From: Acutalibacteraceae bacterium
Lineage (GTDB): Bacteria; Bacillota; Clostridia; Oscillospirales; Acutalibacteraceae
Direction of reading: 5' to 3'
DNA: 64,000 nucleotides
NCBI GenBank assembly: GCA_045577695.1
Contig: JAZNIW010000002.1
Location: 205-64,204, forward strand
Shown: positions 8,910 to 18,078 of the stretch, piece by piece
How the letters are laid out: each line of letters opens with the position of its first letter
Position numbering within the stretch: position 1 is the first letter of the stretch
Notes under the pieces: generated by a model
Told to the model about the DNA's origin: nothing
The model's input: the letters and a program-made list of their open reading frames with translations, nothing else
Databases searched by the model: none
Made by a program: the position numbers and the translations under genes

Positions 8910-9275
8910 CTACAATACCGTAAACAGACTGAAGGTTTCATCCCCCTTAATGCCCCGCATAATGAATAAAATTTCATTGGCGGCTTGCGCCAAATCAGCG
9001 GCGTTATCCATACGTTCAGCCGCCATCATACGCGCCGCCACTCGTCCAATTTCATCGACTGTTTCGTGGTTGACAAATATAGCAACCTGTTCGCGCTTTT
9101 TCTCCCAAAAATGCGAAAACTGTGCCGCCTTGTTCAAGGTTGGATCCGGATTTTTTAAAATATCTTGCATCGCGGTTTCCACTTGGCCTCCAATGTTTTG
9201 AATCAAGCCGATTCCGGTACAACTCAACGCCAACACCGCCACCAAAATAACACCGGCGGCCAACAGTCGCTTCAT
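8910..9275 (-). CDS. DUF4363 family membrane-anchored protein
   Basis: 121 aa with an N-terminal TM segment. The sequence type usually pairs with DUF421 genes in Clostridia and Bacilli. Its start overlaps the stop of the upstream gene. Confidence 0.6.
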   Translation of the reverse strand: MKRLLAAGVILVAVLALSCTGIGLIQNIGGQVETAMQDILKNPDPTLNKAAQFSHFWEKKREQVAIFVNHETVDEIGRVAARMMAAERMDNAADLAQAANEILFIMRGIKGDETFSLFTVL

Positions 9276-9949
9276 TATTTTCTCTCCTTTTTGACAATTA
9301 CGCTTTGGCCGCTTTGGTCTAACGTCATAATGAAAATCTCACCGACAGTGAGATTTTTTTCTTTGAGCAAAGCCAGCAAATCATCTCTGTTTTTTTGCAA
9401 GAAAGCAAGACTGGAATCCACCACCCTCCCATCACTGATAACTGCCATAGCAAGACCGTTATCGGTAGGTGTGATTCCCATCTCATCAGCGGTAGGCGGC
9501 GTGCGATTCGGCTTTGGGCGTACGCTAATGTTTCCATTGACCTCTAAAAAAACACTGTCGACATCCGCCAGTGAAAATACCCCCTGCATCCGCAACATTT
9601 CCAGCAAATCAAAAACGGTAATCCGCACATTTTTCATAGCCTTTTGGTCCAGTACGCCGTTTTTCATTAAAACCACTGCCTTGCCGCTGAAAATACGACG
9701 CAAACGTAGATTTTTCAAAATCAAAATCGAAGCGACAATCTCCAAAAACACCAAGGTGAATATTGCCACTAAACCAATGCTTAACGGCTGCGAAATATCC
9801 TGTAGGGGGATGGCCGCAATCTCGGAAATAAGAAGGGTGATAACCAGTTCGGTCGGTTGCATATCACCGATTTGCCGTTTCCCCATCATACGCACTGCTA
9901 CGCTGACAAAAACATACATCAACACCGTGCGCACCAAGACTTTTAACAT
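9275..9949 (-). CDS. DUF421 (YetF/YdfS-like) membrane protein
   Basis: The N-terminus MLKVLVRTVLMYVFVSVAVRMMGKRQIGDMQPTELVITLLISE is typical of DUF421. Confidence 0.7.
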   Translation of the reverse strand: MLKVLVRTVLMYVFVSVAVRMMGKRQIGDMQPTELVITLLISEIAAIPLQDISQPLSIGLVAIFTLVFLEIVASILILKNLRLRRIFSGKAVVLMKNGVLDQKAMKNVRITVFDLLEMLRMQGVFSLADVDSVFLEVNGNISVRPKPNRTPPTADEMGITPTDNGLAMAVISDGRVVDSSLAFLQKNRDDLLALLKEKNLTVGEIFIMTLDQSGQSVIVKKERK

Positions 9950-10065
9950 ATTGCATCACCACAAAAAAGTATACCCCAATGGATGAAAATCATACCACCG
10001 CAAAGAAGAAAAGACTCACGCAGGAAATATCAAAACAAAAATGACGGGAAATCGGCCACTCGGTC

Positions 10066-10094
10066 TTGTATTTTTTATCCATTTCGGGTATAAT
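10066..10094 (+). promoter_or_regulatory. candidate promoter for the DUF951-prfA operon
   Basis: TTGTAT, 17-nt spacer, TATAAT (10089-10094). Confidence 0.45.
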
Positions 10095-10142
10095 AATTAG
10101 ATGCAAACCTTGGTTTAACAAAGGAAAAAGGAGGAAACGCGG

Positions 10143-10331
10143 TTGGATATTCGAATTGGCGACCGTTTGGCCTTAAAAAAGCCGCACCCCTGCGGCGAAA
10201 CAAAGTTTTTGGTGCTTCGCGTAGGAATGGATTTTAAACTCCGTTGTCTTGGTTGCGGTCACGAAATAATGGTGCCGCGCTCCAAAATTGAAAAACGCAT
10301 TAAATCGGTGCTCACCGAATCGGAAGGATAG
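10143..10331 (+). CDS. DUF951 family small protein
   Basis: TTG start after AAAAGGAGGAAA. The sequence LKKPHPCGETKFLVLRVGMDFKLRCLGCGH is the conserved DUF951 zinc-ribbon-like core. Confidence 0.7.
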   Translation: MDIRIGDRLALKKPHPCGETKFLVLRVGMDFKLRCLGCGHEIMVPRSKIEKRIKSVLTESEG

Positions 10332-10337
10332 AAAACT

Positions 10338-11411
10338 ATGATAGAGAAACTCAAAGCCGTAGAACAGCGCTACAACGAAATCGGCAACGAACTGATGAAA
10401 CCCGAAGTGGTTTCCAACAACGAGCAATACAAAAAACTAATGCAAGAACATAAACACCTCACACCCTTGGTTGAAAAATACCGAGAGTATGAAGCGGCGG
10501 CCAACGCCGCCGCCGAAGCCAAAGAACTTTTGGACGGCGGCGGATTAGACAAAGATTTTAAAGAACTTGCCGAAGAAGAATTGCTCTCCGCCAAAAGAAC
10601 AATGGAGCAAACCACCGAGGAGTTGAAGGTGTTATTGCTGCCCCGCGACCCCAATGATGACCGCAATGTCATCATTGAAATTCGCGGCGGTGCCGGCGGA
10701 GAGGAAGCCGCCCTGTTCGGCGCGGCCTTAATGCGGATGTACACGATGTACGCCGAATCCCGCCGTTGGAAGGTTGAGGTACTCAACATCAATGAAACCG
10801 AACTCGGCGGCGTGAAAGAGGTCAGTTTTATGATTGAGGGAGACGGAGCCTATTCCCGCTTTAAATACGAAAGTGGCGTCCACCGCGTACAACGCGTTCC
10901 CGAAACCGAAACTTCCGGCCGCATTCACACCTCCACCGTAACGGTAGCCGTTCTTCCCGAAGCCGAAGAAGTGGATTTTGATATCAACCCCGCCGACCTG
11001 CAAATTGACACCTACCGTGCCGGCGGTGCAGGTGGGCAACACGTCAATAAGACCGAATCGGCCATTCGCATCACCCATCTGCCAACCGGCGTGGTGGTGG
11101 AATGCCAAGATGAACGCAGTCAGCACAAGAATAAAGACAAAGCTATGAAGGTGCTTCGCAGTCGCCTGTTGGAAGCCGAGATGCAAAAACAAAATGAAGC
11201 CATCGCCGGCGAACGTCGTGCCCAAGTCGGCACCGGTGACCGCAGCGAGCGCATTCGCACCTATAACTATCCGCAAGGCCGTGTGACCGACCATCGCATT
11301 GGGCTAACCCTCTATAAGATTGAACAAATCTTAAACGGCGATTTAGACGAGATTGTTTCAGCACTCATCACCTATTATCGCGCCGAAATGCTAAAATCCA
11401 GCGAGGCATAA
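10338..11411 (+). CDS. prfA: peptide chain release factor 1
   Basis: GGQ motif ([20 protein letters not shown]) and RF1-type length and N-terminus. Confidence 0.95.
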   Translation: MIEKLKAVEQRYNEIGNELMKPEVVSNNEQYKKLMQEHKHLTPLVEKYREYEAAANAAAEAKELLDGGGLDKDFKELAEEELLSAKRTMEQTTEELKVLLLPRDPNDDRNVIIEIRGGAGGEEAALFGAALMRMYTMYAESRRWKVEVLNINETELGGVKEVSFMIEGDGAYSRFKYESGVHRVQRVPETETSGRIHTSTVTVAVLPEAEEVDFDINPADLQIDTYRAGGAGGQHVNKTESAIRITHLPTGVVVECQDERSQHKNKDKAMKVLRSRLLEAEMQKQNEAIAGERRAQVGTGDRSERIRTYNYPQGRVTDHRIGLTLYKIEQILNGDLDEIVSALITYYRAEMLKSSEA

Positions 11412-11417
11412 AACAAA

Positions 11418-13043
11418 ATGAAAACAAAACTGCTAACCGCCCCGGACGAAACCGCCGTCAAATCGATTCAACTGGCTGCCGAATGCTTACAACACGGCGG
11501 TCTGGTTGCCGTGCCAACCGAAACGGTTTACGGCTTGGCGGCTTCGGCCTTTTGTGAGGAAGCGGTGCAAAATATTTTCAAAGCCAAAGGAAGGCCGAGC
11601 GATAATCCACTGATTGTACACATCGCCGACCAAGAAGAACTAGACGGTATTGCAAAGGAGATTCCCCCCTTGGCGAAACAATGTATGGATGCCTTTTGGC
11701 CGGGCCCATTTACGGCAGTTCTGCCAAAAAGCGACGCCATCCCCTCCATTGTTTCGGGAGGGCTTGACACCGTAGCCGTACGGATGCCCTCCCACCCTGT
11801 TACCCGCGCCATTATAAAAGCAGCCGCCCTTCCCCTCGCTGCTCCTTCGGCCAACCGTTCCGGATCGCCCAGCCCTTCCACCGCTGCCCACGTCATCGAA
11901 GATTTAAAGGGACGAATTGACGCCATTGTGGTGTCGGACGACTGTGCCGTTGGGGTGGAATCGACCGTTGTCACCTTTGTTACCGATCCGCCACGTCTGC
12001 TCCGTCCGGGCGGTGTTACAGTAGAACAGCTAAAGGTCTTTATCCCCGATTTGGTCATCGACCCTGCCGTGACCCACCAACTGGAACAAGGAATGAACGT
12101 AGCCTCACCCGGTATGAAATACAAACATTACGCCCCTAAGGCTGAAGTAGTATTAGCCATAGGCAGTCAAAATGCCTTTGTGCGTTTTTGCCATCGCCAA
12201 AAGCAGATATACGATTTTGCCCTCTGCTATGAGGAGGAGTTGTCTCGCTTACCCATACCGGCTATGTCGTTGGGAAAGGAGAAGGACTACGGCCGCCAAG
12301 CCGAACTGCTTTTCTCTCATCTGCGCGAACTGGATAAACGGAACGTCTCCCGTGTGATTGTACACGCCCCCGACAAAGTAGGATTGGGGTTGGCGGTCTA
12401 TAACCGGCTCATTCGGGCAGCCGCGTTTCGGGTATTGCAACTGCCAACCATTATCGGTCTAACCGGTCCCAGCGGTTCCGGCAAAACCACCTTTTGTGAA
12501 ACGGCAAAGCAACTGGGCTTTTTCGTCATCGATTGCGATAAAAAAGCAGCCGAAGTACGAAAAGATCCCGCCCTGCTTGACCAATTAGAAAAAACCTTCG
12601 GTGGGGTGGTACGAGAGGGCCGACTTGACCGCCAAGCCTTGGCCGATAAAGCCTTTGCCGACCGCGCCTCCACCGAACGGTTAAATGCCCTGCTCTTGCC
12701 CCCGATTGCGGCGGCCATTGAGCAAGAAATCGACACCCTTTGTGCAACGGGCATTTGTAAAATTCTATTGGACGCTCCCACCCTATTTGAGAGCGGGCTG
12801 GATCGTATTTGTGACACCGTGATTGCCCTGTTGGCCGATGAACCATTGCGGGCAAAACGTCTTAAAAAGCGCGACAATTTAACCGAAGAACAACTGCAAA
12901 AAAGATTAAACGCCCAACAAAGTGAAGCGTTTTATCGCAAAAAATCTGCACACATTATGTATAATAACGGTAAGGCTTCTGACCTGCAAAGCGCTGCCGA
13001 AATCGTTTTAAGATCAAAAATTTTAAAGGAAACGGATTTTTGA
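11418..13043 (+). CDS. fusion protein: L-threonylcarbamoyladenylate synthase (Sua5/TsaC type) plus dephospho-CoA kinase (CoaE)
   Basis: The N-terminal ~340 aa carry VPTETVYGLAA, KGRPSDNPLIVHI and SANRSG plus a Sua5 C-domain. The C-terminal ~200 aa carry the P-loop GLTGPSGSGKTT, VIDCD and LLDAPTLFESGL. It is one uninterrupted frame. Confidence 0.8.
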   Translation: MKTKLLTAPDETAVKSIQLAAECLQHGGLVAVPTETVYGLAASAFCEEAVQNIFKAKGRPSDNPLIVHIADQEELDGIAKEIPPLAKQCMDAFWPGPFTAVLPKSDAIPSIVSGGLDTVAVRMPSHPVTRAIIKAAALPLAAPSANRSGSPSPSTAAHVIEDLKGRIDAIVVSDDCAVGVESTVVTFVTDPPRLLRPGGVTVEQLKVFIPDLVIDPAVTHQLEQGMNVASPGMKYKHYAPKAEVVLAIGSQNAFVRFCHRQKQIYDFALCYEEELSRLPIPAMSLGKEKDYGRQAELLFSHLRELDKRNVSRVIVHAPDKVGLGLAVYNRLIRAAAFRVLQLPTIIGLTGPSGSGKTTFCETAKQLGFFVIDCDKKAAEVRKDPALLDQLEKTFGGVVREGRLDRQALADKAFADRASTERLNALLLPPIAAAIEQEIDTLCATGICKILLDAPTLFESGLDRICDTVIALLADEPLRAKRLKKRDNLTEEQLQKRLNAQQSEAFYRKKSAHIMYNNGKASDLQSAAEIVLRSKILKETDF

Positions 13044-13167
13044 TTTGTTAAGGCAAAAATATGGATAACCTTTTCGGATTTATAGGCATTTTAACACACA
13101 ATAAACAAAGGCCTTGCCTTTAAAACAAAGTTCAGATTTCTCTTATCACCTTAAAGGAGTGTATACT

Positions 13168-14571
13168 ATGGAACAAAAAAGCAAAGCAACCACTTTAAAA
13201 GAAAACCTATTTTACAAACGCAAAAACGGTTGGCTTTCGGTCTCCGAAGAAACCCGTGCGGCTGTATTCTCCTTTGCACAAGAGTACAAACGCTTTTTAG
13301 ATGCTGCCAAAACCGAGCGGGAGGCCGTCTCCGCCGCTATTGCCTTGGCCGAACCCTTTGGTTTTCGTCCGATGAATCCCGAAGCATCCTATCAAGCCGG
13401 CGATAAGCTCTATGTCAACAACCGAGGAAAGTCGGTTGCGTTTCTTGTGGTGGGTGAGGAAGATATCGAACAAGGTGCCACCATTACAGCCGCCCACATT
13501 GACTCTCCCCGCCTGGATTTAAAACCGAATCCCTTGTATGAAGAGATTGAATTAGCCATGCTGAAAACCCATTACTACGGCGGAATTCGAAAATACCAAT
13601 GGACCGCTATTCCCTTGGCTTTACACGGCGTCTTTGCCAAAAAGGACGGTACTACCGTTCCCGTTTCCATCGGGGAAGATGAAAACGACCCCGTTTTTGT
13701 CATCAACGACCTTTTGCCTCACTTGGCAGCCGAACAAAGCAAACGGCCCCTCTCCCAAGGTATCAAGGGCGAAGAACTAAACCTTCTTATCGGCAGTATG
13801 CCCTTTTTGGATGATAAAGAGAGCGAACTGGTGAAACTGAACATTTTAAATCTCTTCTTTGAAAAATACGGCATTTGTGAGGAGGATTTTCTTTCGGCCG
13901 AATTGGAATGTGTGCCGGCTTTCAAAGCCCGTGATTTGGGCCTCGACCGCTCAATGATTGGGGCCTACGGTCACGATGACCGCGTGTGTGCTTTTCCCGC
14001 CCTGATGGGTTTGTTACAGACCGAACACCCGCAAAAAACGGCCATTGCCATTTTAGCCGATAAAGAAGAAATCGGTTCAGACGGAAACACCGGACTGAAT
14101 TCGGATTTCCTCTATCATATTCTCGACGACCTGTGCCGTGCAAGCGGCAAAAGCACCACCTTGGCACTACGCCGAAGCATTGCCCTTTCGGCCGACGTCA
14201 GTGCCGCCACCGACCCCACTTTTCAAGATGTAATGGACCGTCGCAACGCCGTTTACCTCAATTACGGGGTGGCTTTTGCCAAGTACACCGGTTCGGGCGG
14301 AAAGGGCGGTGCTTCGGATGCCTCGGCCGAATATGTTGCAAAAATTCGTGCTATGTTAGCGCGTGAAAACATTCTCTGGCAAATCGGAGAGTTGGGAAAA
14401 GTGGATTTGGGTGGCGGCGGCACGGTAGCCAAATATATCGCCAATTTAGGCATAGACGTTGTTGATTTAGGGGTGCCGGTGTTATCTATGCACGCCCCCT
14501 TTGAAACGATTTCAAAACTAGACCTTTATATGACCTATTTGACAATGAAGGCCTTTCATGCCGAAAAATAA
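13168..14571 (+). CDS. M18 family aminopeptidase
   Basis: Motifs AAHIDSPRLDLKPNP and GAYGHDDRVC. ATG at 13168 follows AAAGGAG. Confidence 0.85.
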   Translation: MEQKSKATTLKENLFYKRKNGWLSVSEETRAAVFSFAQEYKRFLDAAKTEREAVSAAIALAEPFGFRPMNPEASYQAGDKLYVNNRGKSVAFLVVGEEDIEQGATITAAHIDSPRLDLKPNPLYEEIELAMLKTHYYGGIRKYQWTAIPLALHGVFAKKDGTTVPVSIGEDENDPVFVINDLLPHLAAEQSKRPLSQGIKGEELNLLIGSMPFLDDKESELVKLNILNLFFEKYGICEEDFLSAELECVPAFKARDLGLDRSMIGAYGHDDRVCAFPALMGLLQTEHPQKTAIAILADKEEIGSDGNTGLNSDFLYHILDDLCRASGKSTTLALRRSIALSADVSAATDPTFQDVMDRRNAVYLNYGVAFAKYTGSGGKGGASDASAEYVAKIRAMLARENILWQIGELGKVDLGGGGTVAKYIANLGIDVVDLGVPVLSMHAPFETISKLDLYMTYLTMKAFHAEK

Positions 14572-14575
14572 TTTC

Positions 14576-15472
14576 TTAAAACAAGCAAGATAAGGTCAGC
14601 ATTTCCTTCAACCGCGGATACCACAAAGGTAATTCTTCCACCGCGGGGGGAGTGCTATCTCCAACCCGCACCTCTATTGCCGGCCGACCGGTTTGATGGG
14701 TAAACCAATCTCCAAACGAAACCCGATTTTTGTTCATCGGCGGCTCAACCGCAAAAGAGGTAACGGCTGCCAATACTTCGGCCATTTTGGCGCTGCGAGG
14801 CGGAACGGAGGACCCACCACTGTAGCAAACCGTTCCTCCAAAGGAAGAAAGTTGCACCATATGACGAATGGCGGTCTTTTTGCAAAATTCAGTAAAAGCG
14901 GCCGTTTCCGGTTCGGATTCGGCACGATAGCCGCTAAAGCCGGCATACCGCGGGCCGGAGATTTTTTTCTCTCGCTCGGCGGCGCGACGTTCCTCAAATG
15001 CAAGGGGTAGATTTCGCACCAATTCTACCCCACGCAAATTGGCCCGCCATTTGGAAAATTCGTAGTTACATAGTGCTGCAATCTTATTCCCCAAATAGCC
15101 GCAACCTGCTGCCCCCAAACGGTTGATTTCAAATCCGTCGGGGTTAAGCAACGGCACTAAAATCACTCCACGGCCAAACATTGCCTTGCGGATATGAATG
15201 CCACAGAGTTCCTTTCCGACCAAGATTGTTTGGCAAAGTTCTTCTGCAAACATTAACAGCAATAAGGATGTCATACGACAAGTCGGGTCATCGCCGCTGA
15301 CAAAAAGAGCATATTCCTTACCCGAACCGATGGTAAGAGCCGGAATATCCCGCCCCGCTACACTTTTTCCAATGTAGGTTAACCGTACAAAGGGGTAGCG
15401 AGAAATCAACCCTGCGACGGCTCTTTTGAATTCAAAATAACTATGTTCTACCGGATGAATTTTGCTTTCCAT
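14576..15472 (-). CDS. M14 (gamma-D-glutamyl-meso-diaminopimelate peptidase-like) homolog lacking the canonical zinc ligands
   Basis: YIGKSVAGRDIPALTIG, LLNPDGFE and GVELVRNLP are M14-like. The HxxE position reads DPTC. ATG at 15472 follows AAGGAG; the track extension to 15661 overlaps the divergent gene's start region. Confidence 0.65.
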   Translation of the reverse strand: MESKIHPVEHSYFEFKRAVAGLISRYPFVRLTYIGKSVAGRDIPALTIGSGKEYALFVSGDDPTCRMTSLLLLMFAEELCQTILVGKELCGIHIRKAMFGRGVILVPLLNPDGFEINRLGAAGCGYLGNKIAALCNYEFSKWRANLRGVELVRNLPLAFEERRAAEREKKISGPRYAGFSGYRAESEPETAAFTEFCKKTAIRHMVQLSSFGGTVCYSGGSSVPPRSAKMAEVLAAVTSFAVEPPMNKNRVSFGDWFTHQTGRPAIEVRVGDSTPPAVEELPLWYPRLKEMLTLSCLF

Positions 15473-15536
15473 ATCGTATCTTAACTCCTTTTTTGCTTTA
15501 TTATCATACTTATGCTTCGAATAGGAGGTTTTTTCC

Positions 15537-16079
15537 TTGGAATTAAAAGAAAAACAAATATCCAGCCAACCAATTTTTAACGGACGCATTATTTGCATTC
15601 GTGTCGACGAGGCCGAACTGCCCAATGGCGCTGTTTCCATCCGTGAAGTGGTGGAACACAACGGTGGTGTATGCGTAGTAGCGTTAACCGAACAAGAAGA
15701 AGTGTTGATGGTGGAACAATTTCGCTATCCATATGGCAAAACCCTCTTGGAAATTCCGGCCGGCAAACGCGATGGTGACGAAGACACGCTGCTTTGCGGA
15801 CAACGCGAACTCAAAGAAGAAACCGGTGTCACAGCCAAAAACTGGCGTTTTTTAGGGGAACTTTACCCCTCGCCGGCCTATTGTGATGAGGTGGTTTACA
15901 CCTATTTAGCCACCGACCTTTCGTATGGGGAAACCAATCCCGATGAAGACGAATTTTTGACCTTGCACAAAATTCCTTTGGATACCTTAGTTCAAATGGT
16001 GTTGCGGGGCGAAATTAAAGATGCCAAAACCCAAACCGCCCTTTTGAAAGTGGCTATGGAACGAGGGAAGCATAAATGA
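15537..16079 (+). CDS. NUDIX hydrolase (ADP-ribose pyrophosphatase-like)
   Basis: Nudix box GKRDGDEDTLLCGQRELKEETGV. TTG start follows AGGAGG. Confidence 0.85.
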   Translation: MELKEKQISSQPIFNGRIICIRVDEAELPNGAVSIREVVEHNGGVCVVALTEQEEVLMVEQFRYPYGKTLLEIPAGKRDGDEDTLLCGQRELKEETGVTAKNWRFLGELYPSPAYCDEVVYTYLATDLSYGETNPDEDEFLTLHKIPLDTLVQMVLRGEIKDAKTQTALLKVAMERGKHK

Positions 16080-16921
16080 TTGTAAACCGCATCGAGCTTG
16101 ACCCCGCCCATAACGTTTATTTGGACTGTTATCTACACGAAAATGTTCCACAATGGGATTATGTTCGCATCCGTCCGGCTGTGGTGGTCTGCCCCGGCGG
16201 CGGTTACGGAATGTGCTCCCCGCGGGAGGCGGATCCCATTGCCCAACAATATTTAGCGGCCGGTTACCACGCCTTTGTGCTCTACTACTCGCTGAACCAA
16301 TCTGCCGCTTTTCCCAAACCGTTATTAGATCTTTCGGCGGCTTTGAAAACCATTCGTCAACACGCCGAAGAATGGAGCATTGCACCCGACCAAATCGCCG
16401 TTTGCGGCTTTTCGGCCGGCGGACATTTAACAGCCGGCCTCGGCACTTTGTGGAACCACCCCGAGATCATCCAAAAATCGGGTTGCCTAAATGGGGAAAA
16501 TCGCCCCAACGCCCTAATTTTAGGGTATCCCGCAACTACTACCTATTCGTGGTTGCAGGATGTACTCCCCCGCCTTATTGGAGATCGTGATAAAGCCGAA
16601 ATCGAACCGTTGCTCAACTGCGCTCAAAACATCGGCCCACAAACACCCCCTACGTTTTTAGTGCATACCTTTGCAGATAGTTTGGTATCGGTAGAAGAAA
16701 GCCTCTCCTTTGCCGATGGCCTCACCAAGGCAAACATCCCCTTTGAGATGCATATTTTTCCCTATGGTGACCACGGAAAAGCTTTGGGAAATAAAGATGC
16801 TGACGGTGTCTTCGACCCCTCCTTCTCCAAATGGATGGAGCTTTCTGTTTTGTGGCTTGACCGCGTTTTTTCAGGGAAAGAAAACCAAAATCCGCCGCGC
16901 GCCAAACAAATTCGCCCTTGA
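16076..16921 (+). CDS. alpha/beta hydrolase (esterase/lipase type)
   Basis: GFSAGGHL nucleophile elbow, and an ATGA overlap with the upstream Nudix gene. Confidence 0.75.
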   Translation: MIVNRIELDPAHNVYLDCYLHENVPQWDYVRIRPAVVVCPGGGYGMCSPREADPIAQQYLAAGYHAFVLYYSLNQSAAFPKPLLDLSAALKTIRQHAEEWSIAPDQIAVCGFSAGGHLTAGLGTLWNHPEIIQKSGCLNGENRPNALILGYPATTTYSWLQDVLPRLIGDRDKAEIEPLLNCAQNIGPQTPPTFLVHTFADSLVSVEESLSFADGLTKANIPFEMHIFPYGDHGKALGNKDADGVFDPSFSKWMELSVLWLDRVFSGKENQNPPRAKQIRP

Positions 16922-16946
16922 CATTCCGGTCCAAAGGCTATATAAT
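16918..16946 (+). promoter_or_regulatory. consensus sigma-A promoter of the thiT leader
   Basis: TTGACA (16918-16923), 17-nt spacer, TATAAT (16941-16946). Confidence 0.75.
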
Positions 16947-16959
16947 ACTCTCGACAACA

Positions 16960-17125
16960 AAACAAGGGGTGCTGACCGTTTGGTCGGCTGAGAGGGCGTT
17001 TCGCCCAACTCTATAACCTGATTCGGGTAATGCCGACGTAGGGATGTTTCTTTGGATTTTTCGTGCCAAGGTTATCATAAAAAGGTTTCCGCCCCTACTG
17101 TTTTTTCAGTAGGGGCGGCGTTTTG
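16960..17125 (+). promoter_or_regulatory. TPP (THI-box) riboswitch with terminator
   Basis: GGGGTGCTGACC...GGCTGAGAGGG...AACCTGATTCGGGTAATGCCGACGTAGGGA matches the THI element. The terminator is CCGCCCCTACT-ttttttc-AGTAGGGGCGG plus a T-rich tail at 17089-17125. Confidence 0.9.
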
Positions 17126-17159
17126 TTTGTCCGATTTTTTTAAAAAGGAGAACAAAAAA

Positions 17160-17966
17160 ATGAAAACAAAAACAACCTCCACGCTACCGCAAAAAATTAC
17201 CGAAGGCGCTATTTTTCTGGCACTTTCTTTTGTCCTTTGTTATTTTAAACTGTTGGATTTGCCCTACGGCGGAAGCATTACTCTCTGCAGTATGCTCCCC
17301 CTTATTTTGGTGGCCTACCGACACGGAACCGGCTTCGGTCTTTTGGTAGGGTTTGCCGGCAGTTTACTGCAACTTTTGTTGGGACTGAACAATCTTTCGT
17401 ATGCTACTTCGGCCGCGGCGGCGGTGGCCATTGTTTTGCTCGACTATCTTTTGGCTTTCACCGTCACCGGTCTCGGTGGACTTTTCCGCCATCGCCTCTC
17501 CCAACCGATTTCCTTGGTTAGTGGTACCGTATTGGTTTGTCTGCTTCGCTACCTCTGCCACGTTATTTCCGGTTGCACCGTATGGGCCGGCCTCTCCATC
17601 CCCGATAAACAGGCCCTTTTCTATTCTTTAATCTATAATGCCACCTATATGCTGCCCGAATTGCTCATTACAGCGTTAGGGGCCGCCTGGCTTGGTCACA
17701 CACTGGACTTTCAGTCCAAAACCTTATCCCGTCGCACCCCCAACGGCGCACGAACCTTCCTTCGTTCTCCCTTCGTCACCCTAAGCGGTGTGATTGTTCT
17801 TACGGCCGATATTCTTATTATCGCCCCCCATTTGCAGGATGCTAAAACCGGCGCCTTTTCGGTCACCGGCATTTTTTCCGTACCCTGGAACACTGTTTTA
17901 TGGGTTACGGTCGGCGGCTTTATTTGGATTGTTTGCCTTTGTTTGTTTTGGAGAAAGAAAAAATAG
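17160..17966 (+). CDS. thiT: ECF-transporter S component for thiamine (ThiT-like) with a C-terminal two-TM extension
   Basis: Controlled by the TPP riboswitch. It is a polytopic membrane protein. ATG at 17160 follows AAAAGGAGAA; the track start at 17052 lies within the riboswitch. Confidence 0.7.
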   Translation: MKTKTTSTLPQKITEGAIFLALSFVLCYFKLLDLPYGGSITLCSMLPLILVAYRHGTGFGLLVGFAGSLLQLLLGLNNLSYATSAAAAVAIVLLDYLLAFTVTGLGGLFRHRLSQPISLVSGTVLVCLLRYLCHVISGCTVWAGLSIPDKQALFYSLIYNATYMLPELLITALGAAWLGHTLDFQSKTLSRRTPNGARTFLRSPFVTLSGVIVLTADILIIAPHLQDAKTGAFSVTGIFSVPWNTVLWVTVGGFIWIVCLCLFWRKKK

Positions 17967-18078
17967 TTTTCAAAAAGCAAAAGGCTAAGATTTTTGGTTT
18001 CCCCTTCCCTTTTTCGGTCAACTGTGTTATACTGTTTTTAACAGAATATGAATGCACACACCCAAGAAGGGGGTACTT

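Noticed and set aside
8798-8977. N-terminal extensions of track ORFs. Examples: rsmI to 8977, M14 homolog to 15661, thiT to 17052, metK to 6663, rsfS to 30534, yhbY to 32123.
   Set aside because: The extensions run through riboswitches, terminators, divergent promoters or neighbouring genes and lack SDs. Internal starts with SDs give N-termini matching the families.
10370-11294. Minus-strand ORFs of 140 and 188 aa inside prfA.
   Set aside because: They are antisense to an unmistakable RF1 gene (GGQ motif) and have no translation signals.
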